Of a DNA stretch of 64,000 bases, positions 15,888 through 29,818 are shown piece after piece. A program made the position numbers and the translations under genes. Position 1 is the first letter of the stretch; every line of letters starts with the position of its first letter. This stretch comes from the human T2T-CHM13v2.0 reference genome, Homo sapiens, in NCBI RefSeq assembly GCF_009914755.1, contig NC_060945.1, one strand, 5' to 3'. The notes under the pieces were generated by a model, which searched no databases, was not told the DNA's origin, and saw only the letters and a list, made by a program, of their open reading frames with translations.

Positions 15888-17261
15888 TTCTGTTGTTTAA
15901 ACCACGAAGTCTATGGTATCTGGTTATGACAACCTGAGAATACTAACTCAAGGGTCTTTCGCAGATGTCATTAAGTTGTTAAAGTGAGGTCATTATGGTG
16001 GGTCCTAATCCAAGAGAAGAGATGCATGGACAGACGTGCACAACGGGAGGACCAAGCCAAGACACACAGGGAGAATGGCCATGGGAAGATGGAGGCAGAG
16101 ATCAAAGTGAGGCACCCACAAGCCAAGAAATGGCAGGAGCTACCAGCAGCTGGAAGATGCAGAGAAGCATTCCTTCTTAGAGGTTTCAGAGAGAGTATGG
16201 TGCTACTGACACCTTGATTTTGAACTTCTAGTCTCCAGAACTATGAGAGAATAAATTTCTGTTGGTTAAGCCATCGAGTTTGTGTAAGTTTGTTATAAGA
16301 GCCCTAGGAAATAAACATATCCATTTATTCAGGAAAGCCTGCTAGAGTGCAAATATTTGGAAAAGATACTACTATGCAAATGTTTGAAAAAGATATTGCT
16401 CTTGATTCTGCCTTATGGGTTTTTCATTTCTGTAAGCTATTCTCAAAGTTTTGTTCTTGGACTACTATTGGTAATTAAGACTGCAACATGTTTGGCAACA
16501 TCAGTTGAGAACTGTTGCTCTGGGAACGTTTTCGGCAAGCCTCAGCCCTTCTTTTCCCTTGGCTTGCATTGAGGAGTTAGGTGATACTCTGCTGCTCAGG
16601 CCCAGCACCTTTATGGACCGTATTCCCCTGGTGGAATGACCATCTCTGCTTGCTCTGATTGGCTGTTGGGGTTTTCTAGCATGCCCTATTTAATATGTAT
16701 GATTTATCTCTTACTTCAGTTGGAAGGTACAGTTGCTCTGTAGTTGGCATGCAGTCATGGTGACTATGAAAATATAAAATAATGTTTTGGTTTACAGACA
16801 CTTAGAAATAAGTTGTGTCTCAAAATTGGGTGACTATTCTAGTTATCTGCTACTCAATATCCTTGTGCGAGCCCTCTTTACCCAGAATCAAACTAAACCA
16901 TGAGGGGCACTATAGAATGTCACCCCTGGGTCCAGGATACTATGGGGACTCAGAAGCCAAGCTCCCACTGGGGGATCTAGGGCATGCCCCCAAGGTAAGA
17001 TTCCCTCCTCTTTGTTCAGCAGGAAGCACCCATCACACAAGGAGGTAGGAATAAACAAGCATTCGTCAAGAACAAAAGATACAGATGTTCTGCTGGAGCT
17101 TGGATACATAGCATAAGAGGGAACAGTTCTCACAGGTAAGAGTAAGTTTTCCTCTGGTGGTGACAGTGGGACCTGTGGGGGAGAGAATTGGGAGTACTGA
17201 CAGGAAGGCAGAGTGGCTGTCCAAATGAACGGATTGTTTGCACATGGCCTTTAGGGCACGT

Positions 17262-18094
17262 TGTGTTAGCCTTCCATTGCTGCTTATATTAGTCTGTTTT
17301 CACACTGCCCATAAATGCATACCTGAGACTGGATAATTTATAAAGAAAAAGAGCCTTAATGTACTCATAGTTGCATGTGGCTGGGGAGGCCTCACAATCA
17401 TGGCAGAAGGTGAAAGGCACATCTTACATGGAAGCAGACAAGAGAGAATTGAGGACCAAGTGAAAGGGGTTTCCCCTTATAAAACCATCAGATCACATGA
17501 GACTTTTTCACCACCATGAGAACAGTAAGGGGAAAACTATGCTCATGATTCAATTGTCTCCCACTGGATTCCTCCCACAACACATAGGAATTATGGGAGC
17601 TAAAATTCAAGATGAGATTTGGGTGAGGACACAGCCAAACCCTATCACTGCTGTAATCAATTCCCACCAACTTAGTGGCTCGAAACATCACAGATTTATG
17701 ATCTTATGACGGTGGAGGTCCCCAAATGGATCTTCTAGGTCTAGAATCAAGGTATCAGCAGACCACTTCTTTTGGAGGCTCTGGTGGAGAAACCATTTCC
17801 TCGCCTTTTCCAGCTTCTAGAGGCTGCCCTTCTCATTCCTTGGTTCATGGCCACACTCATTTCCATCTCTGCTTCCACTGTGACAACTTCTCTGCCTCAG
17901 ACCCTCCTGCTTTGCCTTTGTAAGGACCCTTGTGATGAGATCAGGCCCATCCAGGATTATCCCTCATCTCAAGACCTTTACCTTAATCACATTTGCAAGG
18001 TCTCTTCCACTGTGTCAGGTAACATTTTCACAGGTTCCAGGGATTAGGGTGTGGACATCTTGGGGAGCTGGAGGATATTATTTCATCTACCACA
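17262..18094 (-). mobile_element. MLT1 (D-type) LTR interrupted by THE1
   Basis: 'ccattgctgct|gtaatcaattcccaccaacttagtggct...ttttccagcttctagaggctgcc...gggattagggtgtggacatct...ctaccaca'. Confidence 0.85.
17285..17647 (-). mobile_element. THE1B-like solo LTR
   Basis: THE1 consensus motifs; perfect 5-bp TSD ctgct at 17280-17284 and 17648-17652. Confidence 0.92.
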
Positions 18095-20309
18095 CACATC
18101 TCTACCTTGTACAGGCAAGCACTTGCAAAGTGCAATGTGATCCTCTGGAGCCACTGTCCTCCCAGAGCTTATATATACTCTGAAAGTCAACTCTCAGACC
18201 ACAGCCTCCTGTCCATGCACCACTCTCATCAACACCCCCACCCGAAACACTTTCACTCCACCCTCTTTGTCCCCTAACTCATGGAGAAGAAAATCTAATT
18301 AGTAGGAGTGGAATTTGGCTTTCATCTTTACCAGTACTAGAAATATGGTGTGTGTCTTTTTGTAAAAATTCTCTCAACTAAATTGTTTTTATTAATTTCT
18401 GCAAAATGTGAACATCAACTCCCTTCATGTGAATGTCAATAAGATTAAATGAGCTGTCTCAGCTCCTAGCCTGTGCAAGCTAACAGCTCAGGAGATGTTT
18501 ATTTCTTTCCCTCTTCTTTCCTTAATGAAGCCCTCTCCTTTGACATCTTCAATTCTGGAGCGCTTCTTTTCTGAGGCCTCGGCTCCCCCACATTGCCCAC
18601 CCTTTTCCTGCTCGTCCACATTTCTGGCTTCTATTCTCTTGTCTTTACCATCTCCCTGAACAATGTTATCCGTTCCAATGACTTCAACAGTCTCTCCGCT
18701 TACATATGATGCCTCTCAAACTCTGATCTCCAACTCTTCCAAAGAGCTCTGGACCTTTGTTCCAATTACCTGAAAAACATCTTCTTGGATGTCCCATTAG
18801 CACTGTTAAATCAAACAAGAATTTCCCTCCCTCCTGCCTTGCTGTAGTTCCCCTAGGGATTCGGTTGTGTGGGAAGATGTGTGGAGAGCTCTTAGTTGAC
18901 TCCCTTCTCTGCAGTTCTACCTCTCTAGAGACTTGGAGGACCCACTGTTTCCGCCTCGCTTTTTCAGGCCTAGAGATTGCTCGCTCCTGGGCTGGCTGCT
19001 TCATAATTCCTTATTAGTAGTTTCCCAAGCTTACATATCTGTAAATATTTACTTTAGTTAAATTCTCCCCAATTTCCACAATATGTTGGCTGCACATGCT
19101 TTCTACTAGGAGTCACACAACTATGATAAGAACCAAGAAATATTAGTAAACGTTTTTTACCATTATTGGCCTATACCCTGGAATAGCCAACAATAACCTA
19201 GAACCTATGCAACAAGAATATCCAACAAGAACCTAGAGACCTGTCAGTCTATAGGTGGGAACTACAGGATGAGATTATTTTGTGTGTGAGCCACCATTGT
19301 GGAAAATGTGCCTCTACAGGAGCCTGAGATTACCTTGCTTTGTGTTGTGTTCCTTACTTTTTTCAAAGAGTTCCTCTATATCTGCTGATGAAACTCTTGA
19401 GGCTTGTTTTGAAGCAAGTCATAGGTTATTAATGCCCTACCCCATTTCTCATGCTTTTGCCCAGGAACATTTCAATGGCAAATACATACCTTGGGCCCAA
19501 GTTTGCAGCTTCTCAGTCATCTTTCTTCTCCACTGAGCTAGGAGCACTCACTCTACAACAGATAGTTTTTTATTTTTATTTTTATGTATTTATTTTTTAA
19601 CCCTTACAACTTTTCTTTGGCAGATTCCTGAAGTAGAAAATCCAACAAAAACCCTCTGATTACAATGGAATGTACCAGCTCATGTTGGAAAAGGTCACTC
19701 CATTGCATGACATCCTGTGACACATACAGAAAATCAGCTTAGTCAGAAGCATGTGTCATATGAGTAACATTTGGACCTGAATTGAGCATTGTGCAGTATA
19801 GCTTCAGCAGGTGCTCCTATCACTCTACAGTACCCCGTGTCAAATGGGCAATGCCAGATGATGCCAAGAAGCCCCAGTGAGTGAGTGCAGAAAAATCTCC
19901 AGTGTCTGCCTGTTACAAGTGGTCTCTGCACCCAGTACACTGCAGTGCCCAAGAATGAGACCATGTCCAAAGCCAAATGGGGGAACACCAATTGAAAAAC
20001 GGAAGCTGTGAAGGCCAAACAGGGGAAGCACAGAGTGCTGGCCTTAACTTCCCTGAAATTTGTTCAAGCAGCTTTGGACATCACAAAAAGACAAATCAAC
20101 CATTGGCCCATGGTGGAGGAAACACTCAGAGAAGGGACAAACGGAGTCAAGTGTGACAAGGGGCAAGTGTGAGGCTCCTATTTGAGATTCTATACTCGAG
20201 GTAGTAATAGATGATTTGTCTCCAAATTCCAACAGCAGAATATATGTAAACCCTGAATTAATCTACATTTGGAAAACAGCATTTCGTGAATAATTAAAAA
20301 TAAAAGGAA

Positions 20310-20770
20310 TAAATGTTACCTTCAAGTGGGTGGGAATTGACTGAGAAGGAGCATGAGAGAACTACCTGGAGTTATGGGCTTGTTCTATATCCTGCCAAAG
20401 ATTGAATTGTACATATGCATGCATTTGTCAAAAGTTTAGAATGATACCTGTAAAAACTTTTGCATTTCACTTCAGGCAGTTTTTTTTCCTAAAAATATAC
20501 ACAAAGAAACATTGAACTATTGCTAATGATATGCACATAGAAGTGTTTACAGATGACGTGTACTCATGCCTGCAACTTGCTTCAAAATACAACACAAATA
20601 ACATGGGCTGATGGATGGATAGACAGATGGATAGAGAACAGTTAGATAATAATAAAGCACATCTAACAAACTAATTATTGCAGATTCTAGGTGGTGGGTG
20701 TGGGTATTTTCTGTACAATTCTTTTTATTTTTATGTTTGAAATTTTTCATTTAAAAATGTTGGAAAAAAA
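20310..20770 (+). mobile_element. Old L1M (L1MC/L1ME) 3' end
   Basis: 'ctgagaaggagcatgagagaact...ctgcaacttgcttcaaaat...tgtttgaaatttttcatttaaaaatgttggaaaaaaa'. Confidence 0.75.
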
Positions 20771-21315
20771 ACTAAAAGAAACTGATAAGAGAAACCCTAG
20801 GGCTTCTCATAGAGTTGAAAATATTTCAACATAAATGCCATTAATCTGAAAAATTATCAAAATACTTCTTTTAGAAATGCAGTCCATGACACAAGTAATC
20901 CAATTACCCTCAAACTAAACCTGGTCATAAAAACTGGTCCCTAGGGAGATCAACAGGTATTTACATAGGAAAAAACATGAAGGTTGCAAGATTATAAGAA
21001 GTGCATGATGCTGAAGAGGACATTTCTAAAAAAACATTTTAGGGCTGAAGACTGATTCAGTCCTTACCCCTAGCATATCCACCTGCTGTTCCCCCACCTC
21101 TAAACCACTAACTTCACTGAAGTCAAGAGATGTGACTCATTTATGGGCTATGGGCAACTGCTGGGAATCCTGCCATATGGTTGAAGAAAATCACAGACTC
21201 ATACTTGCAGCTGCTTAATAACATGGTTAAAATCGGAGCCCTTTAGCTCTTATCTTTTGTGTAAAATGTACAGTTTGAAAGATCCACATCTTTTTCTATA
21301 ATTTAATATTGTATT

Positions 21316-21619
21316 ATTTTTCTTCCAGCTTTATTGATGTATACTTGGCCAAAAAAGTAGGTATTTAAGGTATACAGTGTGATGTTTTAATCTACATAAC
21401 ATTGTGAAATGATTATCATAATCAAGCTAATTAACATATCATCACCTTTAATTACCTTTGCGTGTGTGTATAGTGAGAACACTTAAGATCTACTCTCTCA
21501 GCAAATTTTGAGTATTCAATAAATTATTATTAACAATGGTCACCAAGCTGTACATTAGATCATCCACAACTTATTCATCCTATAACTGAAAGTCCACATA
21601 CTTTGACCAACATTACCCC
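21316..21619 (-). mobile_element. L1MA 3' end fragment
   Basis: 'atcaagctaattaacatatc...gtgagaacacttaagatctactctctcagcaaattt'. Confidence 0.8.
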
Positions 21620-21964
21620 AAGGTTCATATCTTGACTGTCTTTTTGGAGTGAGTGTCAACAAGATGACTCTATTTTTATGTCAATGTCTGACTTACATAA
21701 TAGAAGGCTATGCAGTGAGTACCTTGTGCAAAGGAGATGATTAGGAAACACTGGTTCGTGAAAGAATGAATGCATGGATGGGGGCAAGATTTATCAGAGA
21801 TGCTTTGGAAGAGAGGGAAGGGATGTGATTCATTCAAACAGAAAGAAGATTTGACATGGATCAAAATAATGTAAAGAAAAACACTAAAGAAAATTATTAA
21901 CCCGGAAGGAGCTGGAGAAAGATGCAATGTATTGTGAAGGCTTTGGAATAATACAGTTTTTCTG

Positions 21965-22100
21965 TAGCCTGGGTGTATGACCTTTGGACAAACGCTAAAC
22001 CTCTCTGAGCCTCAGTTTCCTCATCTGTTCAAAATAACAATAATTATAGCGCTTATTTTTAGAGTCATTGTGAGAAATATTAAATAAGATGTAAAGTTCC
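21965..22100 (+). mobile_element. MIR SINE
   Basis: Core 'aacctctctgagcctcagtttcctcatctgt'. Confidence 0.8.
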
Positions 22101-23541
22101 CGGTGGAGGCTACAGGAGACCCAAAACAAAAAAGGGAAGGTGAATAAAAAAAGGTTTCATCTGCTGGCCTAGCCTGTTGGGCTGGCTTACAGTTGAAAAG
22201 GAGAAAAATACCACAATTCCTGTTGAGATGGAAAGTCGCCATTGTTGGGTCCTGAGAAGACAATGGAAGAGGTCGATGAAGTGGGAGAATCACAGAACTG
22301 GCCACAGTGCTTAGGTATTTCTTGAGAATAATCCCACTAGGAGATATATTTAAGGAGGATAAATACATTCCTGGCGGAGGTGGAGTTGGAAAAAAATGTG
22401 AGTGGACAGTAATCACCATGGGACAGATGGAACACTAAGGACCCCAAGGGCTTCAGGATTAAATGCTGTTTCTAATTAAGCCACCATTTGCACGACACCA
22501 GCACTGATCATTAAAAAAAATTTTAAATTTTCATCATTATTAACTGCATCTCATATCTGTAATTCTGATGAAAGGATAAAATAGAAGAGATGATGGTTAT
22601 GGATATATTTCATTGCTAGGTCAAAGAAGAGCATTTCAAGAAAAACAAGAGCGGAACTAACTCATACATTTGATGACGTATAGGGAGACCAGGCAATCAG
22701 GCTCGAATTCTAGTGAAAATTGCACAGAACCCTCAAGAATAGTGTTTCCCACTGCTTTCTACTCCAGTTGAGTCTGAAGAGTTGTTCCTCAAACAGGACA
22801 AATTTAGATTATTTTAGTAACTTATTCCATGAACAAAGATGAAATCTTTTAATGGCAGTAGAAGGCAGTGCTGCAAACAGAAATAACTCCTTAAAGAAAT
22901 GGAAAACAAGTATTTTATTGCACTCACAGTATATACAAAACAACATGTAATGTACAACAAAATTCCTCCTTAACATCTTCTTAGGACTAAATGGAGAAAA
23001 ATACTGCCAGTGGAAAATCTTACTAAGAAAAAAATCAATCAAATTCTTAAGAAAGCCCGCATTCATTATCTGAGCCTAGATTTCTCAAGTATCAAAGATG
23101 ACAGTTTTTGTTAATTAGAAATAATTTAAAAGCAGTTTTCCACTAAGATTTTTGCATATTAACTAAAGTTACATGGTAGAAATATTATAGAATATACTGA
23201 TGTTTTCTTTGATAAAGCAAAAAGAAGGAAAAGTTGGTTTATCTTTCCCAACATATAAAAGCCCTTTGACGTTGTGCTTGAGGCTGAAAGAGGCTCAAAT
23301 AGTTTACTGCAATATTTCTGTAAGTCACAGGCTACATTTTTTTTTCAATAGTACGGGGACATTTTTGTCATTGGCCAAAGACTGTTTTGAGAGATGGAGA
23401 AACTTTATTTGTCTACCAAACCTTGTAAAAAAAAGTCTGCTTTCTTCACCCCACCTCTGTGTTCCATCTGGGGGACCTACCTCCAATATTTGCTGGAAAT
23501 TTCATCTTGCTTGTCAGCCTTTCAGATCTGTGGAAAATTTC

Positions 23542-26206
23542 GTTCCTTTTTTTTTTCAGATTATTATTATTATTATTATACTTTAAGTTCTGGGATACAT
23601 GTGCAGAACATGCAGGTTTGTTACATTGGTATACATGTGCCATGGTTGTTTGCTGCACTCATCAACCTGTCATCTACTTTAGGTATTTCTCCTAATGCTA
23701 TCCCTCCCCTAGCCCCCCAGTCCTCGACAGGCCCCAGTGTATGACGCTCCCCTCCCTGTGTCCACGTGTTCTCATTGTTCAATTCCCACTTGTGAGTGAG
23801 AACATGCGGTGTTTTGTTTTCTGTTCTTGTGTTAGTTTGCTGAGAATGATGGTTTCCAGCTTTATCCATGTCCCTGCAAAGGACGTGAACTCATCTTTTT
23901 TTTATGGCTGCATAGTATTCTATGGTGTATATGCGCCACATTTTTTTTCCCAGTCTATCATTGATGGGCATTTGCGTTGGTTGCAAGTCTTTGCTATTGT
24001 GAACAGTGCTGCCATAAACATACATGTGCATGTGTCTTTATAGCAGAATGATTTATAATCCTTTGGGTATATACCCAGTAATGGGACTGCTGGGTCAAAT
24101 GGTATTTCTGGTTTAGATCCTTGAGGAATAGCCACACTGTCTTCCACAAGGGTTGAACTAATTTACACTCCCACCAACAAGTGTTAAAGTGTTCCTATTT
24201 CTCTACATCCTCTCCAGCATCTGTTGTTTCCTGACTTTTTAATGATTGCCATTCTAATTGGTGTGAGATGGTATCTCATTGTGGTTTTGATTTGCATTTC
24301 TCTAATGCCCAGTGATGATGAGCTTTTTTTTATATGTTTTCTGGCCACATAAATTTCTTCTTTTGAGAACTGTCTGTTCATACCCTTCTCCTGCTTTCTG
24401 ATGGGGTTGTTTTTTTCTTGTAAATTTGTTTAAGTTCCCTGTAGTTTCTGGATATTAGCCCTTTGTCAGATGAGTGGATTGCAAAAATTTTCTCCCATTC
24501 TGTAGGTTGCCTGTTCACTCTGATGATAGTTTCTTTTGCTGGGCAGAAGCTCTTTCGTTTAATTAGATCCCATTTGTCAATTTTGGCTTTTGTTGCCATT
24601 GTTAATGGAGTTTTAGTCATGAAGCTTTTGCCCATGCCTATGTCCTGAATGACATTGCCTAGGTTTTCTTCTAGGGTTTTTATGGTTTTAGGTCTTACAT
24701 TTAAGCCTTTAATCCATCTTGAGTTAATTTTTGTATAAGGTGTAAGGAAGGAGACCAGTTTCAATTTTTTGCATATGGCTAGCCAGTTTTCCCAGCATCA
24801 TTTATTAAATAGGGAATCCTTTTCCCATTGCTTGTTTTTGTCAGGTTAGTCAAAGATCAGATGTTTGTAGATGTGTGGGGTTATTTCTGAGGTCTCTGCT
24901 CTGTTCCATTGGTCTCTATATCTGTTTTGGTACCAGTACCATGCTCTTTTGGTTACTGTAGCCTTGTAGTGTAGTTTGAAGTCAGGTAGCATGATGCCTC
25001 CAGCTTTGTTCTTTTTGCTTAGGATCGTCTTGGCTATATGGGCTCTTTTTTGGTTCCATATGAAATTTAAAGTAGTTTTTTTCTAAATCTGTGAAGAAAT
25101 TCAATGGTAGCTTGATGAGGATAGCATTAAATCTATAAATTACTTTGGGCAGTATGGCCATTTTCACGATATTCATTCTTCCTATCCATGAGCATGGAAT
25201 GTTTTTTCATTTGTTTGTGTCCTCTCTTATGTCCTTGAGCAGTGGTTTGTGGTTCCCCTTGAAGAGGTCCGTCACACCCCTTCTAAGTTGTATTCCTATG
25301 TATTTTATTCGTTTTGTAGCAATTGTGAATGTGAGTTCACTCATGATTTGGCTCTCTGTTTGTCTATTATTGGTGTATAGGAATGCTTGTGATTTTTGCA
25401 CATTGAGATATTGCTGAAGTTGCTTATCAGCTTAAAGAGATTTGGGGCTGAGACTATGGGGTTTTCTAAATATACAATCACGTCATCTGCAGAGACAATT
25501 TGCCTTCCTCTCTTCCTATTTGAATACCCTCTATTTCCTTCTCTTACCTGATTGCCCTGGCCAGAAATTCCAATACTATGTTGAATAGGAGTGGTGAGAG
25601 AGGGCATCCTTATCTTGTGCCAGTTTCTAGGGGAATGCTTCCAGCTTTTGCCCATTCGGTATGATATTGGCTGTGGGTCTGTCATACATAGCTCTTGTTA
25701 TTTTGAGATACTTTCCATCAGTACCTAGTTTGTTGAGAGTTTCTGGCATGAAGGGGTGTTGAATTTTATCAAAGGCCTTTTCTGCATCTACTGAGATAAT
25801 CATGTGTTTTTTGTCATTGGTTCTGTTTATATGATGGATTACGTTTATTGATTTGTGTATGTTGAACCCGCATTGCATCCCAGGGATGAAGCCAACTTGA
25901 TCATGGTGGATAAGCTTTTTGACGTGCTGCTGGATTCGGTTTGCCAGTATTTTATTGAGGATTTTTGCATCGATGTTCATCAGGGATATTGGCCTGAAAT
26001 TTTTTGTTGTTGTGTCTCTGCCGGGTTTTGGAATCAGGATGATCCTGGCCTCATAAAATGAGTTAGGGAGGAGTCCCTCTTTTTCTATTGTTTGGAATAG
26101 TTTCAGAAGGAATGGTACCAGCTCCTCTTTGTACCTCTGGTAGAATTCGGCTGTGAATCTGTCTGGTCCTGGGCTTTGTTTTGTTGGTAGGCTATTACTT
26201 ACTGCC
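23542..26206 (-). mobile_element. L1PA7-like LINE, 5'-truncated, ~2.7 kb
   Basis: 3'UTR 'tactttaagttctgggatacatgtgcagaacatgcagg'; contiguous ORF2 sequence; candidate TSD aaaatttc at 23534-23541 and 26208-26215. Confidence 0.92.
24184..26206 (-). pseudogene. Frameshifted L1 ORF2p remnant (reverse transcriptase and C-terminal domains)
   Basis: '[13 protein letters not shown]...[26 protein letters not shown]...[14 protein letters not shown]' split across several ORFs. Confidence 0.92.
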
Positions 26207-27144
26207 AAAAATTTCTATATATTTTTTAATCAAAGTGTTAAAAGGAAATACTTGTCATGTAAGCCTAAAGGAAAATTCATACTTTTTCGACTCATAAAAA
26301 CACAGATATAAGCAGGTAAGAACATTCGGACATGGATGAAACACTTCCCAGTATGATTTACAGCCTGTTATTTACCTTTTCTTAATTGACTTCGTGCCTT
26401 TAAATCACAAATCTCAAAGATCTCCCTTCTCTAAATTTTGTATTTAGAAATGGGGACGGGTGATGCTCCTTATCTGAGTAAACTGGATTTACTAGAAAGT
26501 CCCACAGGAGTAGATCTTTCCTGTTGGTTATTGCAAGAATCAGACTTTGCAGGGTTATGTTATAGTAATATATTATAAATACCCCCAAATCTGAGAGGCT
26601 TATAAAAATGAAGTTTCGTTTTCCACTCATCTCATGTGTTGTACATTACCTCCTCCATGCCAGCATCTGAATTAAAGGAGCAACCTTTTGCTGAGAGTGT
26701 TAGCCAGGAGTTGCCGTCAATGTGAACTTAGACCCATCCTGCCTTTGTGACTGCAGGCCAATGCTTAGGGGCAAGACAGCCATTTTGAAGCCACCAAAGG
26801 CTCTAAGGATGCTAGAAGGTGCAGAATTGTGCACACTTCACATGTGGCTACCAGCACCAGAATGGGTGAATGGCAGGGCCATGTAAATGCGAGTGTAGAA
26901 TACACCAGGAATTAACCTCCTCCCTCAGTCTTTTCATGCTCCAGCTACCGGTGAAAGCCACATATAGAACTTCTAAATCTGATGCATTGTAATGCACATA
27001 TCATCAATTAGATATCCCACTTAGAGTCAGGAAACTGGATAGGTCATTCTGGCCAGGATGACAGTGTTGTCTACTTGGAATCACACAACCTGTAAATAAC
27101 CAGGAAGTTCAAAGAAATCAGACTAATTTTCTGGGAAGTATGAC

Positions 27145-27380
27145 AACAACTAACATTTAATGAACACTTCCCATGTGCAAAGTGCTTTGTATGCATTATC
27201 TCCTTTGATCCTCACATCAGCCGGATGAGGTGGCTTTTATAATGCTCATTTTTTACAGGTGAGGGAACCAAGGCTTAGGAAGATTAAGTAACTTGATAAA
27301 GATCACACACTTAATAAGTGGTAGAGTCTAGATTTCATCCAAGGCAGTCTGATTTCAGAAATTCCTACTTTTAACCATTG
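27145..27380 (-). mobile_element. MIR SINE
   Basis: 'ttttacaggtgagggaaccaaggcttagg...taagtaacttgataaagatcacaca'. Confidence 0.8.
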
Positions 27381-27511
27381 TGTAGTCCAATCCTAACTGA
27401 TGTTTGTAATCTTGAACCTGGGATATTGTAAGAGTCAGAAGTGCCTTTGGAATCACAAACATTATGCTCCACGTGGCCTTTATGTTAGATTCATTTTGTT
27501 AAACCCTAACT

Positions 27512-28012
<501 letters not shown>

Positions 28013-28544
28013 GTAATTCATCAAAGCTTGATGCACTGGGTATGACATATGTGTAACCTCTCTGCCAATTATGTGATTAATCAGAATATGCCATTTACAA
28101 CTATTCTGACACAGTGGGGATTTACTAAAACTAGAAGGTGAGTTTGGGTTCGTCTCTCTATAACTTCATAAATTGGTGATCTTGAGTAACCTCAATGTGG
28201 AGTCAGAGTCACATGAGGACATCTCAAATGTCTCCTTGCAGCAAGGCAGTGACCTATTCAGCCCCTGTTGTACTCCTGAAGGTGGCATCAAGTGACACTT
28301 TGTAGTATGCATGTCATTGCTCTTGACGATTTCAATTAAAAATGCCAGTGAGTTTTACTGAAATTGAAAGACTATTTACAAGCCTCCTCTTTCTCAAAAG
28401 ACATCAAAACCACAGCAAAGAGTGTTGGATCCAAGATAATTTACAGAGTAATAAAGGCCCACAGAGGATGCCTTGAGTTTTTGACGTCGTGTTGTTGGAA
28501 GTCGGATCAGGAAGGGTGAAGATCCACATTACTAAGCCAGCGTG

Positions 28545-28775
28545 TCTATAGAACTGTGTACCAGGCACAGTGCTAAGCTTTACACATATTAATAGTTAAT
28601 ACAACCACTTCAGAAAGGAGGTAACAGTTTTACCCCCACTTTTCAGATGGGAAAGCCAAGGCAGAGAAAGCTAGAGGACTCATTTGAGTTTCCCCAGTGA
28701 GTAAATGATAGGTGGAAGACTGGGACCCCGGTAGATCGGCTTGAGTCCACGACCATGGCCACTATGCTGCACTGT
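28545..28775 (-). mobile_element. MIR SINE
   Basis: 'tgtgtaccaggcacagtgctaag...cccacttttcagatgggaaagccaaggcagaga'. Confidence 0.75.
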
Positions 28776-29577
28776 GCTTCCATGGCCAGAAAATGGCTAG
28801 GCCTATGGAGGAAAATAACCACTGTGTGAAGAACAATATTTAATTTCTGAATGAAGTACATTAAATTAAAAGATTGATGTTATTCAAGGCAACTAGGGGA
28901 TACTGGGTTCTAATTCTGCTTTTACCAATCAGCTAATTGGTCACTATGGCCAATTAGTCAAATGGAGTGTTGCGTTTGTCAGTTTTCATGTAAAAGAGAA
29001 GTGTTAGTATTTAACATAATCTTTTGTGTTAGTATGTTAAATGTTTTTAAATCATTTTGAGACCCCCTTTTCCAAGGAGTCAGTCATATGCATGCAGCCT
29101 GCCACACTCTGAGTACCAAGGCCCATGGCCTCAGGGAAAACTCTAACCCCGGGTATTTAGTTTCATTCATTCATTCTTCAGGAGAGCAATATCTTCTCAT
29201 CTGCATAATCAAAGGGTCAGACTGCATATCTCTAAGGTGTCTTCCAGTAATTATATTTTTATTGTTTGATGACTACAAAAGGATTTACTCATTGAGGGAA
29301 GTCTTTACTTGCTGAAAAATGTCTTTACTCACTAACGAAACTTTGATTAAATAAAGCTCTAAAGATATCTATTGACTGTAGCTCTTTGCAGCATAAAGTA
29401 TTTTTTCATTGACTACAAGATAAAATGTCCTTAATATTAGATCAGCATTAATAACAATCTAGCATAATAATAACCATGTAACCCTACTTTGCAAAAGACT
29501 CAGCCCTTTAGAAGGGAAAATGAATAAACTTAACTCATTCTTCTTCGAGGGCCGAGATAAAAATCTCAAGCTATCCT

Positions 29578-29784
29578 AGCATTAGGAGATATACCTAATG
29601 TAAATGATGAGTTAATGGGTGCAGCACACCAACATGGCACGTGTATACATACGTAACAAACCTGCACGTTGTGCACATGTACCCTAGAACTTAAAGTATA
29701 ATAAAAAAAGAAAAAAAAGAGAAAAAAAGAAATATTTTTAAAACTGTAAACTGTTAAAAAAAAAAAGAAGATGTGAACTATAAA

Positions 29785-29815
<31 letters not shown>

Positions 29816-29818
29816 AAA
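29578..29818 (+). mobile_element. Short L1PA (PA4-like) 3' end with compound tail
   Basis: 'agcattaggagatatacctaatgtaaatga...taccctagaacttaaagtataat'; 19-bp TSD aaaaatctcaag(c/t)tatcct at 29559-29577 and 29819-29837. Confidence 0.9.

Noticed and set aside
25627-26208. 193-aa reverse-transcriptase ORF as an active or novel RT system
   Set aside because: It is an ordinary frameshifted ORF2 fragment of a 5'-truncated L1PA7-like element.
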